NCBI RefSeq assembly: GCF_006345805.1
Contig: NC_043001.1
Location: forward strand, 12,586,001-12,650,000
Source of the DNA: Octopus sinensis
Lineage: Eukaryota
Length of the DNA: 64,000 bases
Reading direction: 5' to 3'
The notes under the pieces are model-generated. The model did not search any database, was not told the origin of the DNA, and was given only the letters and a program-made list of their open reading frames with translations. Below, piece after piece: positions 1-12,270 of the stretch (its first letter is position 1; every line of letters starts with the position of its first letter). Both the position numbers and the translations under genes were made by a program.

Positions 1-36
1 AAGTGTATATATATATATACATCTATATATATATAT

Positions 37-540
37 AGTCATAAGATACAGTGTACATTTAAACACATGAGGAATCCGCCCATGGGATTCATCACGCTAG
101 AAAGAACAGCTAGGTTCTATAACCACAAAAATTAGGGATAAAATTCGACACGAACGAAATGAAAACTAAAAACATTTTACCATCAAATTTCCTGGACCAA
201 ATGGTTTCTGATTTTAGTTTAGCGAGTAAATGAATAACATATACATATTTTTGTGGTTATAGAATCTCGCTGTTCTTTCTAGAGTGTTGAATCCTATGAG
301 TGGATTCCTCATGTGTTTAAATGTACACTGTATCTTATGACTAATACACACATAATAAATAAATATGACAAATCATATATATATATAATTAGTCATAAGA
401 TACAGTGTACATTTAAACACATGAGGAATCCACTCATAGGATTCAACACGCTAGAAACAACAGCTAGGTTCTATAACCACAAAATTCGGAATAAAATTCG
501 ACAGGAACGAAGTCAAAAATAAAACCATTTTACCATCTAG
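37..540. repeat. Three copies of a ~95-bp unit in +,-,+ orientation (fold-back plus direct repeat)
   Basis: agtcataagatacagtgtacatttaaacacatgaggaatcc...ctataaccacaaaa occurs at ~37-131 and ~390-484; its reverse complement is at ~250-345. Confidence 0.85.
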
Positions 541-544
541 TTTC

Positions 545-993
545 CCTGAACGATAACCCCGAGGGCAAAGAAATAAGAACCCACAGTATGGTAGAAGCTA
601 TAGCTATTCATAATAAAAAGTAGTCCTGATGGAATGTTTCAGTGAAGACCTCAGTAAAATGTGAGCTCAACAGACCCGACATAATGACTGCGGATAAAGA
701 AAAGAAACTGTGAACAGTTGTAGAAATTAGCTACCCAGCGGATGTTAACATAAAGCTGAACATCAGTGAAAAAGAGAATACCTGCGCGGAACTATAGAAA
801 AATCTGCAGTTACTCTATCCAAATTACAAGTTCAGGTTTGTAGCAGTAATTATTGGGGTCCTGGGATATGTAACACACTGACTAAATAGCAATCTCAAAA
901 TAAGAAAGGAGAATGCTGATTCGAAAACTATAGACCCAAACCATCATTGGAACTGTAAAAATCTGTACAACTTTCCAGAAGTTTAGCAATTAA
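545..993 (+). mobile_element. 3' end of a non-LTR retrotransposon with a restriction-like endonuclease (R4/Dong/NeSL-type), decayed
   Basis: Translation from 669: NRPDIMTADKEKKL*TVVEISYPADVNIKLNISEKE...FVAVIIGVLGYV, then MLIRKL*TQTIIGTVKICTTFQKFSN*. This matches the RPD..D..E RLE motif and a typical C-terminus. Confidence 0.75.
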
Positions 994-1084
994 ATATATA
1001 TGAGCACATCTAGATATGCAACTATATGCATGAGAATACATACATAATGCAAAACATACAAATCTTCACATATACGTACATACA

Positions 1085-1465
1085 AATAAAAATGCCTTCT
1101 TGTTGCAGTTGAAATTCCAATATAGGAACCTTGGATCTAGGTTAGAAACCGGCGGCTCTTTCTCTATTGACAAGAAATCTTGAAATATAACTGAACAATG
1201 ACATACATAAAAGCAAGCAAAAATAGCCTGCTATTGATGACGAAATTTCTATGAAGTTGCCTTGGATCTAGGTCAGAAACCGGCACTTTCTCTATTGGCA
1301 AGAGATCTTGAAAGGAAACAGAGTCATGATATACATACATACAAAAACAAAAATACCCTATTGCTGATGATCAAATTCCAATGAGCGAGCTGTGGATCTA
1401 TGTTAGAAACCGGCTCTTTCTATATTGGCAAGAAATCTTGAAATAAAACTGGGCAATAACGTACG
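1085..1465 (+). repeat. Three tandem ~125-bp units separated by (CATA)n, downstream of the RLE element
   Basis: The unit aaattccaat...ttggatctaggttagaaaccgg...tttctctattggcaagaaatcttgaaat occurs three times. The same array is inverted at 33230-33730. Confidence 0.85.
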
Positions 1466-1729
1466 TACGTACACCTATATTTAACCGGTTTATGCTGCTG
1501 TTCAACTTGACAAAATTTATTAAGAACCATTTGTGGAAGTAAATGTGTATATATATTCACATCGATTACGATAATTCTAAAACAATGAATGTAACTTTGT
1601 TTTGTGCGCTGTTTTAGAAACTACATCCTTACTTATTTACACACACCCACACCACCACACATATATATATTTACTTATATATATATATATATATTTATAT
1701 AAAACTTAGATAAAACTTAGATATGTTTC

Positions 1730-2790
1730 GACCAGAGATTGGTCCAGGCCATGTTCTAACTTAATAGCACCACCTGATAGGATTATTCGAATCCTGTTTA
1801 AGTCAAGTTTTGTTCAGTAGTGAGTTCTTGTTGGTGAGTTGTATCAGTTTTGTTCAAGTAGTGAGTTCTTGTTGGGTGAGTTGTCCAATTATGGGCTTAT
1901 CTGGTATTCTTTGAAGAATCTATCCAGACTCTGTTTAAAGTTGATGGGATCCTTTTCCTCTTTGATCTCCATCGGACAATGTTAAATAGGCAGGGCCCTG
2001 TTGAGGAAAAGAATTATGTGCAGTGTACATGTATGTTGTGATCTTGAATTTGGCATGGGACTATAGCCGTTGTCCAAGTCTTGGATTACCCTGAAGCTAA
2101 TGTTAGGTCGTTTGGGCAAAGTTGGCGGTATCTTTTCCACATCGTACAAATGATGTACCGCTCACGGCGACGCTGGAGGGAGTTAAGTTTCAAGTTTAAG
2201 GCGATCCAATATCGAGAGCAGCCATGCTTCAATTTGTTTAGTGAGAGCCCTGTGGAGTCTCAATTCTGGAGATTTTTGTCTTGTGTGAGGAGACACACTG
2301 GCAGCAGTATTCAAAGGTGTGGCCGTAAAAAGAGGTAAAAGTGGTATGATGACACCTTGTTCTCTGGACCGAGAAGTTCTTAAGATCCAGGAACTCATCC
2401 TACGAGCTATATCAACCTTCTTGTTGATGTGTGCACTCCAACTGAGATCGTCATCAACAATTACACCCAGGTCTCTGATATTGTTAGAGGCTGTGAGCGG
2501 TTCCCCTGAAGGAAGAGAGTATGGTTGTTTTAGTGAGGAATTTCTTCCAAAATGCATCAGTTCAAATTTTCCCTCATTCAGTTGCATTTTGTTTCTGTCT
2601 GCCCATTGACTCACAGCATATAGATCAGACTGGAGTTGAGTTCGGTCTGCTTCTTCATTGACGATTTGCTGGAGCTTAGTGTCATCAGCGAATATTTTCA
2701 CTTTTCACTGGAAAGGTCGTTTACGTAAATTATGAAGAGTAGCGGACCCAAAACAGTTCCCTGGGGAACACCGCTGGTGACTTTTGCTGG
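1730..2790 (-). mobile_element. 5'-truncated CR1/L2-clade LINE (RT C-terminal half)
   Basis: [22 protein letters not shown] (~2790-2720), then ORF 2183-2701 KIFADDTKL...DLGVIVDDDLSWSAHI. Confidence 0.9.
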
Positions 2791-2819
2791 GTTTGCTGGG
2801 TTTGAGTATATAAATATAT

Positions 2820-2985
2820 ACATGTGTGCATGCATGCATACATACATTCATACATACATACATGTATACATACATACATACATACATACATACATACACA
2901 CATACATACATACATACATACATACATACATACATACATACATGCATGCTCATATATACATACATGTGTGTATGTGTGTGTTTTG
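2820..2985. repeat. (CATA)n microsatellite
   Basis: Direct reading. Confidence 0.95.
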
Positions 2986-3999
2986 GCGTATACGTCCGCA
3001 TGATATTTGCTTGCCCTTTATGTTATATGAACTTTCGAAACCTTTTTCGCAACCATAAACCTGCCCAAACTTTTTCTTATACAGAATACAGAACACAGTC
3101 TATTAATCGAATGATGTTTATAAATTTATTGCCGATTCAATAAGACGTAAACTTTGTATTAACAGAATAATTTTGAAAATTCAATCAGGAAAGAAACCCA
3201 TTGACCTGGATTAGCGGAATTAGTCCTACAGGGAATAACTATGGAAGCCTTATATGATTTAAGTACGGAAGCTATAAAAGTTAATTATATCCTGAAGTTA
3301 TGAAATACGAATTGAAACGACGCTCCGTAATATAGAAGTAAGGAATTTGACTTGCTATTTTGCATATATTTGAATGAAAAGTGCCTTGACCACAGACAGC
3401 CACATAAGTGTGTGCATAATACCAACCATAAAATTGTTTTGAATGTATAAAACTTACTCTGTACAAATCCCCAAATTAATTATGAAAATTGAGATTTGAG
3501 CGAAATTAAGTTAATCCAGCAGAAATGTAAAGAAGTTTATTTGAAACCGAATCTAATTTCCTATTAATTATTGTTGGTCTTCACTAGAAATGCCTTTTTT
3601 TACCTGTTGTGATTTACCATTAACTTCGGAGGGTAGGTTCAATCAGTAATGTTTAATCAGAAAAGTGTTCTGAAATGTATTCACAAGATACAAATTTCTG
3701 AACATCGATTTCATGCAAAGAAATTATAAACAATACATCATGAACAAATGTCATAAAATTCTACCAAATTCCTTTTCTGTATTAACCCAAACAAAACCCG
3801 TAAACCAAAACGGAAAACAAGAGAAATTAATTAAGAATTTGCAAGAATAAAATAGATAGAATTGATGCAAGGTCTGTTCTAAGTAACATTCGCTTCAAAC
3901 GAACTTTACTGCGAGATTTTAACCAGAAGAGAAGGGCTCACTATATATATAATATAATATATATTATATATATATATAATAATATATATATATATATAT

Positions 4000-4302
4000 C
4001 ACGTGATCACGTGACCGACCAGACCATCAGATGTTGTTACATATCGCTGGTCACAATGCGTTCACATTGTTTTAGCCTTCGAAGGACGCCACCCCGGTAG
4101 CTAATCGAGCACGCCAACAGAAGAAAGAGTGAGAGAAAGTGTGGTGAAAGAGTACAGCAGGGATCACCACCCCCTACCGGAGCCTCGTGGAGCTTTTTAG
4201 GTGTTTTCGCTCAATAAACACTCACAACGCCCGGTCTAGGAATCGAGACCTCGATCCTACGACCGCGAGCCCACTGCCATAACCACTGGGCCATTGCGCT
4301 CC
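4000..4302 (-). mobile_element. tRNA-derived SINE, family A, tail type 1
   Basis: The minus strand starts ggagcgcaatggcccagtggttatggc (A box) ...gtctcgattcc (B-box-like). Homologs lie at 7205-7482, 24630-25014 and 40188-40498. Confidence 0.85.
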
Positions 4303-4358
4303 ACACACACACACGCACACACACACACACATATATATATAATGTATGTATATATGTA

Positions 4359-4413
<55 letters not shown>

Positions 4414-4424
4414 AGATATATGTA

Positions 4425-4472
<48 letters not shown>

Positions 4473-4541
4473 ATATATATATATATATATACATATATGT
4501 ATGTATATATGTATTATGTATATATTATATATATATATATA

Positions 4542-4915
4542 TCTCTATATAAACGGCAGTTTGTCTGTGTGTGTCTGTTTGCTTGTACCCTCACCCTGAC
4601 CACGGCTTTCAACCGATTCTGATGAGACTTGACACACACATATCCCAATGTCATAATTCAAAACTAACGCAGCGAAAATTTGGAAAAGTTCCCCCAGTTC
4701 TGAAATAGATCGATAAATTCAACATGGGGTCGACAATCAGAAATACAAACCACAAACTGTCTAGGGGACGCAACTCCACCTTTTTTAACTATCAAAAAAA
4801 ATTTACCATCTTTTTTTCCCCCATTTTTTTTGCTATTTTTTGGCTATAACTCTCTAAAAAATCCTTTATAGTTATTTCCCTTACAAACCCGAGCAATGCC
4901 GGGCGATACCGCTAG
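4542..4915 (+). mobile_element. Non-autonomous mini-Helitron (~374 bp)
   Basis: Starts TC after an A, has the 3' hairpin cccgagcaatgccggg, and ends CTAG followed by T. The first ~240 bp match the 5' end of the Helitron at 57654. Confidence 0.9.
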
Positions 4916-4957
4916 TGTATGTATATATGTATATATGATATATATATATATATATAT

Positions 4958-5003
<46 letters not shown>

Positions 5004-5059
5004 AGATAGATGGATAGATAGATAGATAGATAGATGATAGATAGATAGATAGATAGATA

Positions 5060-5146
<87 letters not shown>

Positions 5147-5165
5147 TATAATAGATAGATAGATA
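4916..5165. repeat. Compound (TA)n/(GATA)n/(GACA)n microsatellite
   Basis: Direct reading. Similar arrays occur throughout, e.g. 8040-8385, 23290-23935, 25455-25525, 25720-25915, 26290-26590 and 30535-30685. Confidence 0.95.
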
Positions 5166-6149
5166 AGTGGTACCACAAGGCACCAATATTTATTGGAAAA
5201 TAGCAATCGATATGAATACGACGCTATTGTATAGCTTCACTGCCTATTTACTAGCAAAGACGTGTGTGTGCAACAAACAGGAAAAATTGTCTTACCTCTA
5301 AGATGAACATTCGATAAATGGAAAACCTAGAATCGGATAATGCAGGATCGGTTTCTAACTTCAAATACGTTTGACAACATAAATTTGATCAGTCATCGTC
5401 AGCTATATTTACCTAGACAATATTTCAAATGTTGCCACATCAATATCAGTATACTCGCCTGAATGCCTATATTTAAGTGATATGCAGTCGTTCATTGTGC
5501 AACAAGCAAAATAGCTAGTTCTAACATCTCTCGAACGGAGTAGCTGTACTACCAAGTTATGTTCGTAGCCAATTAAACATGGCTGTTCCGTTCGATCGGA
5601 ATATACTGCGATATTTGAAGCCCAAACAGCATTTCATGCACAGAAGTTTGAGCATATACAGTTTTTGATAAAAACACACGATATGTGCAGTTTTGTAGTT
5701 ATAAAAATGCGGGGATATTTACGGTAGAAGACTTCTCGATTTAACCAAAATTATGCGATCCAGAAGTCGTTATGACATTTAGGGAACACACCATTCTCAC
5801 TAGTTATAAATCGTATAGAATACTGGGCATCATACGCTCTCTCGTACAAGCACACACAAGCATAAATTAACTGATCTATCTTATATTGATACCTTTCATA
5901 TAGGAGATATATATATTCACGGAATCAAATTATCATAAATTTAATAAAACAAGTCATTTGTGCCGCTTCTTTGAAGCATATTTTCCATTTAGTTAAATGA
6001 AATTTGAAAGCAAAACAAATGTCTAATGATATCCACAAGTATTTCTGCATGCTTCTTGGAATATATAAATAAATTATAGTATGATGCGTGGATATCATTG
6101 TACGAAAAGCAATAAACAGAGGCACATATTTACATTTTTAAACTATGAA

Positions 6150-7150
6150 TATCATTGCTATTTCTAATTATGAGAGTCTACATAGAAGCACCAGTGAAAC
6201 GACTTATTGTGCTATATAATCTCCAATGTTAGTATAATGATATTACTGTTAAACTGAAAATGTTTCTCGTACATCCATAATCTCAGGAATGTAGCACATA
6301 TCGAATATAAATCTAAAAATCTGTAGTGTTAACATACATTGCGTAATTTCTGTATTAAACAGATTTGTCAAAGAGAAATTGAAATAGCGTGCAGCATAAT
6401 TGCTTTTAGTATCTTGAGATTCTAAATTTAAAGAGTATCGGCGTGGACGTATCCGTTTATTACTCCAGTGAGCAAAAGCCAATACCAGTAACGTTCTTGT
6501 TATAACAATAGTATACACTTTTACCATGTAATACGATGTCTTAGATGTATCATATGAACACAATGCAGCGATATATGATATGCAGAGATGTCACACGATT
6601 CAATTTCTAGCGAATCATAAAATTTGAAATACATGCCTTCTTGAACATTTATTTTGTTCAACATGTAGAGATAGCTTAATTAATCATAATGACTGAATCA
6701 TTGTCACCTCATTTTGCATTAATAATCACATTCATATTGCTTTTCCTTTCGAACGGTATTCATATTTCTGTCCTTGTTCCAAACACAATATATTCCCGGC
6801 GGTTTATATATGTATATATAATTAATGTATTTCTAGTCAGGAAAGTATTTACGTCAACTTCTTTGAAGACAATATTGATCTGTTGCATTAACAACTGACT
6901 ATTTACTAATAATATATGTATACTAATCATTCATGCCATGATATAGCGTGTGTTGGTCTGGAAATACAAGGATATACATTCTCATATGAAAGTTTAATGC
7001 AATTCTTTAAATAAATACTTTTCCCCAAATATGAATATTCATGAAAATGTCAGCGATTATGTATCCATCAAATCAAATTAAATCCTTTTTATTCTCTTCT
7101 TTATGCGAACATAGAATTAAAACACTATCTATTGTATATTAAGGGAACTA
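6150..7150 (-). pseudogene. Possible decayed intronless rhodopsin-type GPCR
   Basis: Ordered TM-like motifs across frames: SVLILCS (7126-7106), YIIADIF (7066-7043), YPCISRPTHAISW, VYTIVITRTLLVLAF, KAIMLHAISISL*QICLI (6406-6353), LEII*HNKSFHWCFYV (6226-6179). There are many stops, and the assignment is by eye. Confidence 0.35.
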
Positions 7151-7204
7151 CATTCATACAACGATTGAGTCAAGTTTTCTAAATACTTTTTATTTTTGTT
7201 TATG

Positions 7205-7482
7205 CAACATTTTCAAGCCTAGCCAGGCTCATGGACCCGGTTTCCCGTTTTCTGTGGCGTATATGTTCCCTCCATCACAGCTTTACTCAAGAAACAGGAA
7301 GAAAGAATGAGAGAACGTTGGGGCGAAACACTACAACAGGGTCACACCACCCCTTGCCGGAGCCTCCTGGTGCTTTTAGGTGTCTTCGCTCAATAAACAC
7401 ACACAACGCCCGGTCTGGGAATCGAAACCGCGATTCTCCGACCGCGAGTTTGCTGCCCTAACCACTGGGCCATTGCGCCTCC
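7205..7482 (-). mobile_element. tRNA-derived SINE, family A, tail type 2
   Basis: Same head and body as 4000-4302, but a different 3' part (...gaaaccgggtccatgagcctggctaggcttg). Confidence 0.8.
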
Positions 7483-7851
7483 ACTTGCTAAGTATTACAA
7501 AATATTAAACGTGCAGGATGTCTGTATTTAAGCTATGTACTAAAACGTTTACGCAATAAGTAGTGCTGCGGATCTACTGGGTTGAATTACTATACAGATT
7601 CGGTCACTAAAACTGTGAGTTCAACGTCTATGTTCTTCACTTTGTGTTATTGTATTATTGGGTTTTAGGTTTTATTCTCAACGGCATCAAATGGACACAC
7701 ACTCTCGAGCTCAATACCGCCTGGTGAAGACCTTCCAAAGGGTGCCGGCATGCGAAGCAACGGAGAACACATATTAGAGTCTGGAAAACATACCATTGTT
7801 GCCTTTTGCGAGCAGCTAGATTAGAAGAACGTACAAAGTTGTGAGGATATA

Positions 7852-7898
<47 letters not shown>

Positions 7899-8027
7899 AA
7901 ATGAAAGAATGGAGTCGACGAAGATTTAACAAAATTCTTTACTCTCGACACAGGTTTCGGTTAAACAATTTCCTTCCATTCTGACGATAAAACATAGGAT
8001 AATTCATTCACCTACTTACACACACAA

Positions 8028-8089
<62 letters not shown>

Positions 8090-8384
8090 ATATATATATA
8101 TGTATGCATAATAATATATATATATATATGTATGTATATATATATATTATATATATATATATATATACTATATATATAATATTATATATATATATATATG
8201 TATGTATATATATATAGTATGTTATGTATATATATGTATGTATAATCTATATGTATACCTATATAATATATATATGTGTAGTATATGTATATATTATATA
8301 TATATTATGTATATATATATATATATATGTATGCCTATATATATATATTATATATATCTAGATATATATGTATATATTGATTGA

Positions 8385-11330
8385 TTGATTGATTCTAGTT
8401 TCAGCTTATGAGCTGTGGCCATGCTGGGGCACCGCCATTTGGTTGTTGCTACTTGGTTTCCTTCATGGAGGCTTTCTAGCAACTGCTATTTGGTGCATGA
8501 GAGAGTTCGATGCAGCTGCCCTCATCTGCCCCTCCTGCCGTGAAGTTGGTTCATCTGGGACACCTGACAGGAAGAGATCCAGCTTCATTTTAAAGACATC
8601 TGTATCCACCCCATGCAGGTCTCTCAGGTTCTTCGGGATAGATTGAAGAGCTGTGGGCCTCGGAAGCCCAGGCTATCACAGAATCTTGTCCTACATCTTG
8701 ATGGCAGGTTTGGAGTCCTAGGCACCACGCAGTGGCGCCCAGTTCTGGCATTTTGCGTAACTCTCGATGCCCAAGTTCACACACCTCCCTCAGGATCTTC
8801 CAGATGAATATTATGGCATATCTTTCCCGCATACGCTCCAGGAATATAATTTTAATCTCTTGAGTCTTTCCCAGTAGCTTACATTCTTTCTGCATAGAGG
8901 CTATCTTCTTCGTGTAGCTTCGTTGGATCGCCTCAAGTTCTGTGATCAACTTGACACTGGATGGTGACCATAGCTGAGAGCAATAGTCAAAGTGGCTTAG
9001 GACAAGTGTCTTCCAGAGGACCATCATGGTTTCTTGTTCTCTTGTTCTAAGGTTCTAAGAATCCATCCAGCCAGCCGTCTACATTTCATATGTCAGTTTA
9101 GCAACATGACATGAAAGGTCGCGTCATCACTCATGTGAATACCCAGGTCACGCACTGATTGCCTCTGGGATTGCAATCCCTCCGGGTCCAGTGTATTCAT
9201 GGGTATTGCATTCAGTTTTGCATGCTGATAGAATAAAGCTTGAAACGTTCCAGCATTGAACTGCATGCTATTCTTTTCAGCCCACTTGTAATTTCGTCCA
9301 GCTCACATTGCAGGTGTTTAGTGTCCTCAGGGTTTTGTATTGCCTGTGAAACTTTTGTATCATCTGCATTACTTGTGATCGTGGCTCTCTGCGTGGCTGA
9401 GGGCATGTCTGAGAGGGCCATTATGAACAGTAGTGGTCCCAGAACAGTGCCCTGCGGAACACCGCTCACTATTTGTGTGTTAATGGAGGTGGCCCCATTG
9501 GCTACTACCACCTGAACTTCTATCCTTCAGAAAGTCATGAAGCCATTCTCCCAGTTTTCCAACTATGTTGAGATCACGCAGTTTGTGACATATCATTCCA
9601 TGATCGACTTTATCAAAGGCCTTTGCAAAGTCGAGATATATCACTTCCACATTTGAGTGGTTGAGCAGCCGTTTCAGCACCCAGTCATAGTGTTGTAGGA
9701 GCTGAGTTAAACAGCTTCTCCCTGGTCGGAACCATGTTGGGTGTCGGGCAGCAAGTCATTCTCTTCAAGGAAGGTGATCAGCTCCTTCTGACTATTCGTT
9801 CCATGACCTTGCTGATGTGTGAGGTCAGAGAGATAGGTCTATAGTGTTCTTGGCTTCCGCTCTGCTACCTCCTTTATGAATGGGGCATATTTTACCTTCC
9901 TTCAGTTTTCCTGGAAGTTTGCCAGCTGCAAGGAAGCTCTGAAAGAGGAACTGCAGTGGTCTTGCTAGGACTCTCTTACATGCTTTTAGGAGGATTGCCG
10001 GGAATCCATCGGGGCCAGTAGCTGAGTCTGTTTTCATTTCATCTATAGCCTTGGTTACATCGTCTTCCTTTATATCGATGTAATCTATCGTCGACGCCTC
10101 TGATTTTATATCTGCAGTGGTTTAAAAGTCAGTTGGATTGGTGATTTGGAGATGCCCAAGGGGTGGAGTGAAAACACTCTTGAATTGCTCATTCAGTATG
10201 TCACTTACCCTCATTGGTTTTCCTGTAAGTGTGCCATCCTTTTCGAGGAGTGGCCCTATTCTACAGTGCACTGTAGCTGTTTCTTTGGCATACCTGTAGA
10301 AAGCTCTGGGGTTAGATTTTAGTTTTCTATAGCCCAGGCTTCTTTGTCTGCTCTTCCTTTTTCATGGGAGAGTTGCAGACATTTTTCGATTTCCAACAGT
10401 TTTTTTTTAGGCGGGATTTTCACTGCTTTCAATATGTTGTTTTAGCGATTTGAAAATTTCGTACGCCGTCTCATTAAAATTTTCCTCTCTCTGGGGATTT
10501 TGTTCTTGTGTACAGTGGCCTTTCTCTCTGGGACCATTTTGTAGCATATGGCTTGCATTACAGACATGAATTGTTGAAGTTTCACGTCGATGTCTGGCGA
10601 GGAGAGACATTTAGGCCAGTTTTGTTTGAGGATCTCTTTCTCAATTTGTTTCCAGTTTGCCTTATGGTAGTTCAAGCTGGAAAGATTTTGAGAGTTTCTT
10701 GTAGGCTGCATGTCCGTGCTCTCTTTGGGCCGTACATGGTCAGCTCTATCATGTTGTGATCCGAGAGTAGTGTCGGTGTCACTTTCACATTATGGATGAG
10801 ATCCATGTCATTTGTGAAGCAGAGATCCAGTGTGTTACCTGCCCTGGTTGGTTAGAGTATTACCTGCTCCATGTACAGGGTGTTTGATGAGGTTCAGGAG
10901 GGACCTCGCCTGTCCTCGTTCACATCTTGTCATTCCTGGGAGAGAAAGGCCCTCGGGCCATCTGACATTGGGCAGATTGAAGTCTCCCATAAGAAGCACA
11001 CCTATGTGTTGTTCTAATGTGGTTAGAATTTCTTCTATTTTTATAAGGCAGTCTTCAAACTTGCCCACATGGCTTGGGGCATCTGGAGGGCGATATGTAG
11101 CACACACAACTACATCAAGTTGCCTAATATGTACAATTAGTGTGTCACACACCGAGTTTGAGTATGACAAGAGGACCTGGGGTGTGAGGTCCTCCCGGAT
11201 GTGTAATAGCAACACCTCATGACTCCTTTCTTTCCTGTCGGTCCGTAGTACAGCATACTGTGGTATGTGTAACTCCGCATCTGCTATGTCCGGTTTCAAA
11301 GTCTTCTGTAACGGGATCTTAAGTCTTGTT
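8385..11330 (-). mobile_element. CR1/L2-clade LINE, most of ORF2 (APE endonuclease + RT), frameshifted
   Basis: APE motifs VLRTDR, CATYRPP and LLMGDFNLP (10835-11299). RT motifs [35 protein letters not shown] and NADDTK. Ends in an (AATC)n tail at ~8385-8396. Confidence 0.93.
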
Positions 11331-11407
11331 ACTGAGTGTTTCTCAGTCCTCTGATGTTCATATTATATATATGTATGTATATGTGTATTATATATATATA
11401 TATATCT

Positions 11408-11439
<32 letters not shown>

Positions 11440-11549
11440 ATATATATTATATAATAGTAAGGAATATAATTCCAAAACTTAGAGGGAAAATTTCAATAGG
11501 AGGCATTTTAAATAAATTTCACAAATATAATATATGTATATAATTTGTA

Positions 11550-11800
11550 AAAACCTCTATTAAAGAATTCAATAAGGAAAGGTATTATTCACACCATATA
11601 GTAAACATATATTATAAAAACCTTATTCTAAAAATCAATAACATACAAAAAAAAATAATGGTGTACAGTAGTATTTGTTATTATTTACTGTTTATTATTT
11701 TTGTATTTTATTGATTTTTAGATAAAGGTTTTTTATAATATATGTTTACTATATGGTGTGAATAACACCTTTCATTATTGAATTGTTTAATAGAGGTTTT
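11550..11800. repeat. Imperfect fold-back with ~110-bp arms
   Basis: aaacctctattaaagaattcaataaggaaaggtattattcacaccatatagtaaacatatattataaaaacc is reverse-complemented at ~11690-11800. Confidence 0.8.
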
Positions 11801-11811
11801 CTCTGAATTAT

Positions 11812-11846
<35 letters not shown>

Positions 11847-11904
11847 ACACACACACACACATATATATGTATATATACATATACATATATAGACCCTTCT
11901 GTCC

Positions 11905-12115
11905 GCCATTCGCCATGATAGATCGCTAGCCACTACTCATTCTTCTTTTTCTCTTCTTTATTTTCTCTCCTTTTTCTTTGTGTTCCTTTATGTGGAAGAG
12001 CGTACGCTCGAAACGGTAAAGACGTTTTCCTTTCCCGAGCGTTATACTAATATATCTGTTTCTTTTTTGTCTACGCCACCTGTCCTCGTCTTTCGCTCTT
12101 TTTGTGAATTCTCCC
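11905..12115 (+). mobile_element. Short PLE pLTR-like element with a degenerate hammerhead motif
   Basis: 11985-12022 reads ccttt-ATGTGGA-A-GAGC gtac GCTC-GAAACGGT-aaaga. Related to 17370-17580 and 47635-47835, and flanked by (TA)n. Confidence 0.6.
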
Positions 12116-12169
12116 TATATATATATATAAAAAATCTTGCACGACAAATATATAAATATATATATATAT

Positions 12170-12245
<76 letters not shown>

Positions 12246-12270
12246 GTATATATATAGATATATATATATA

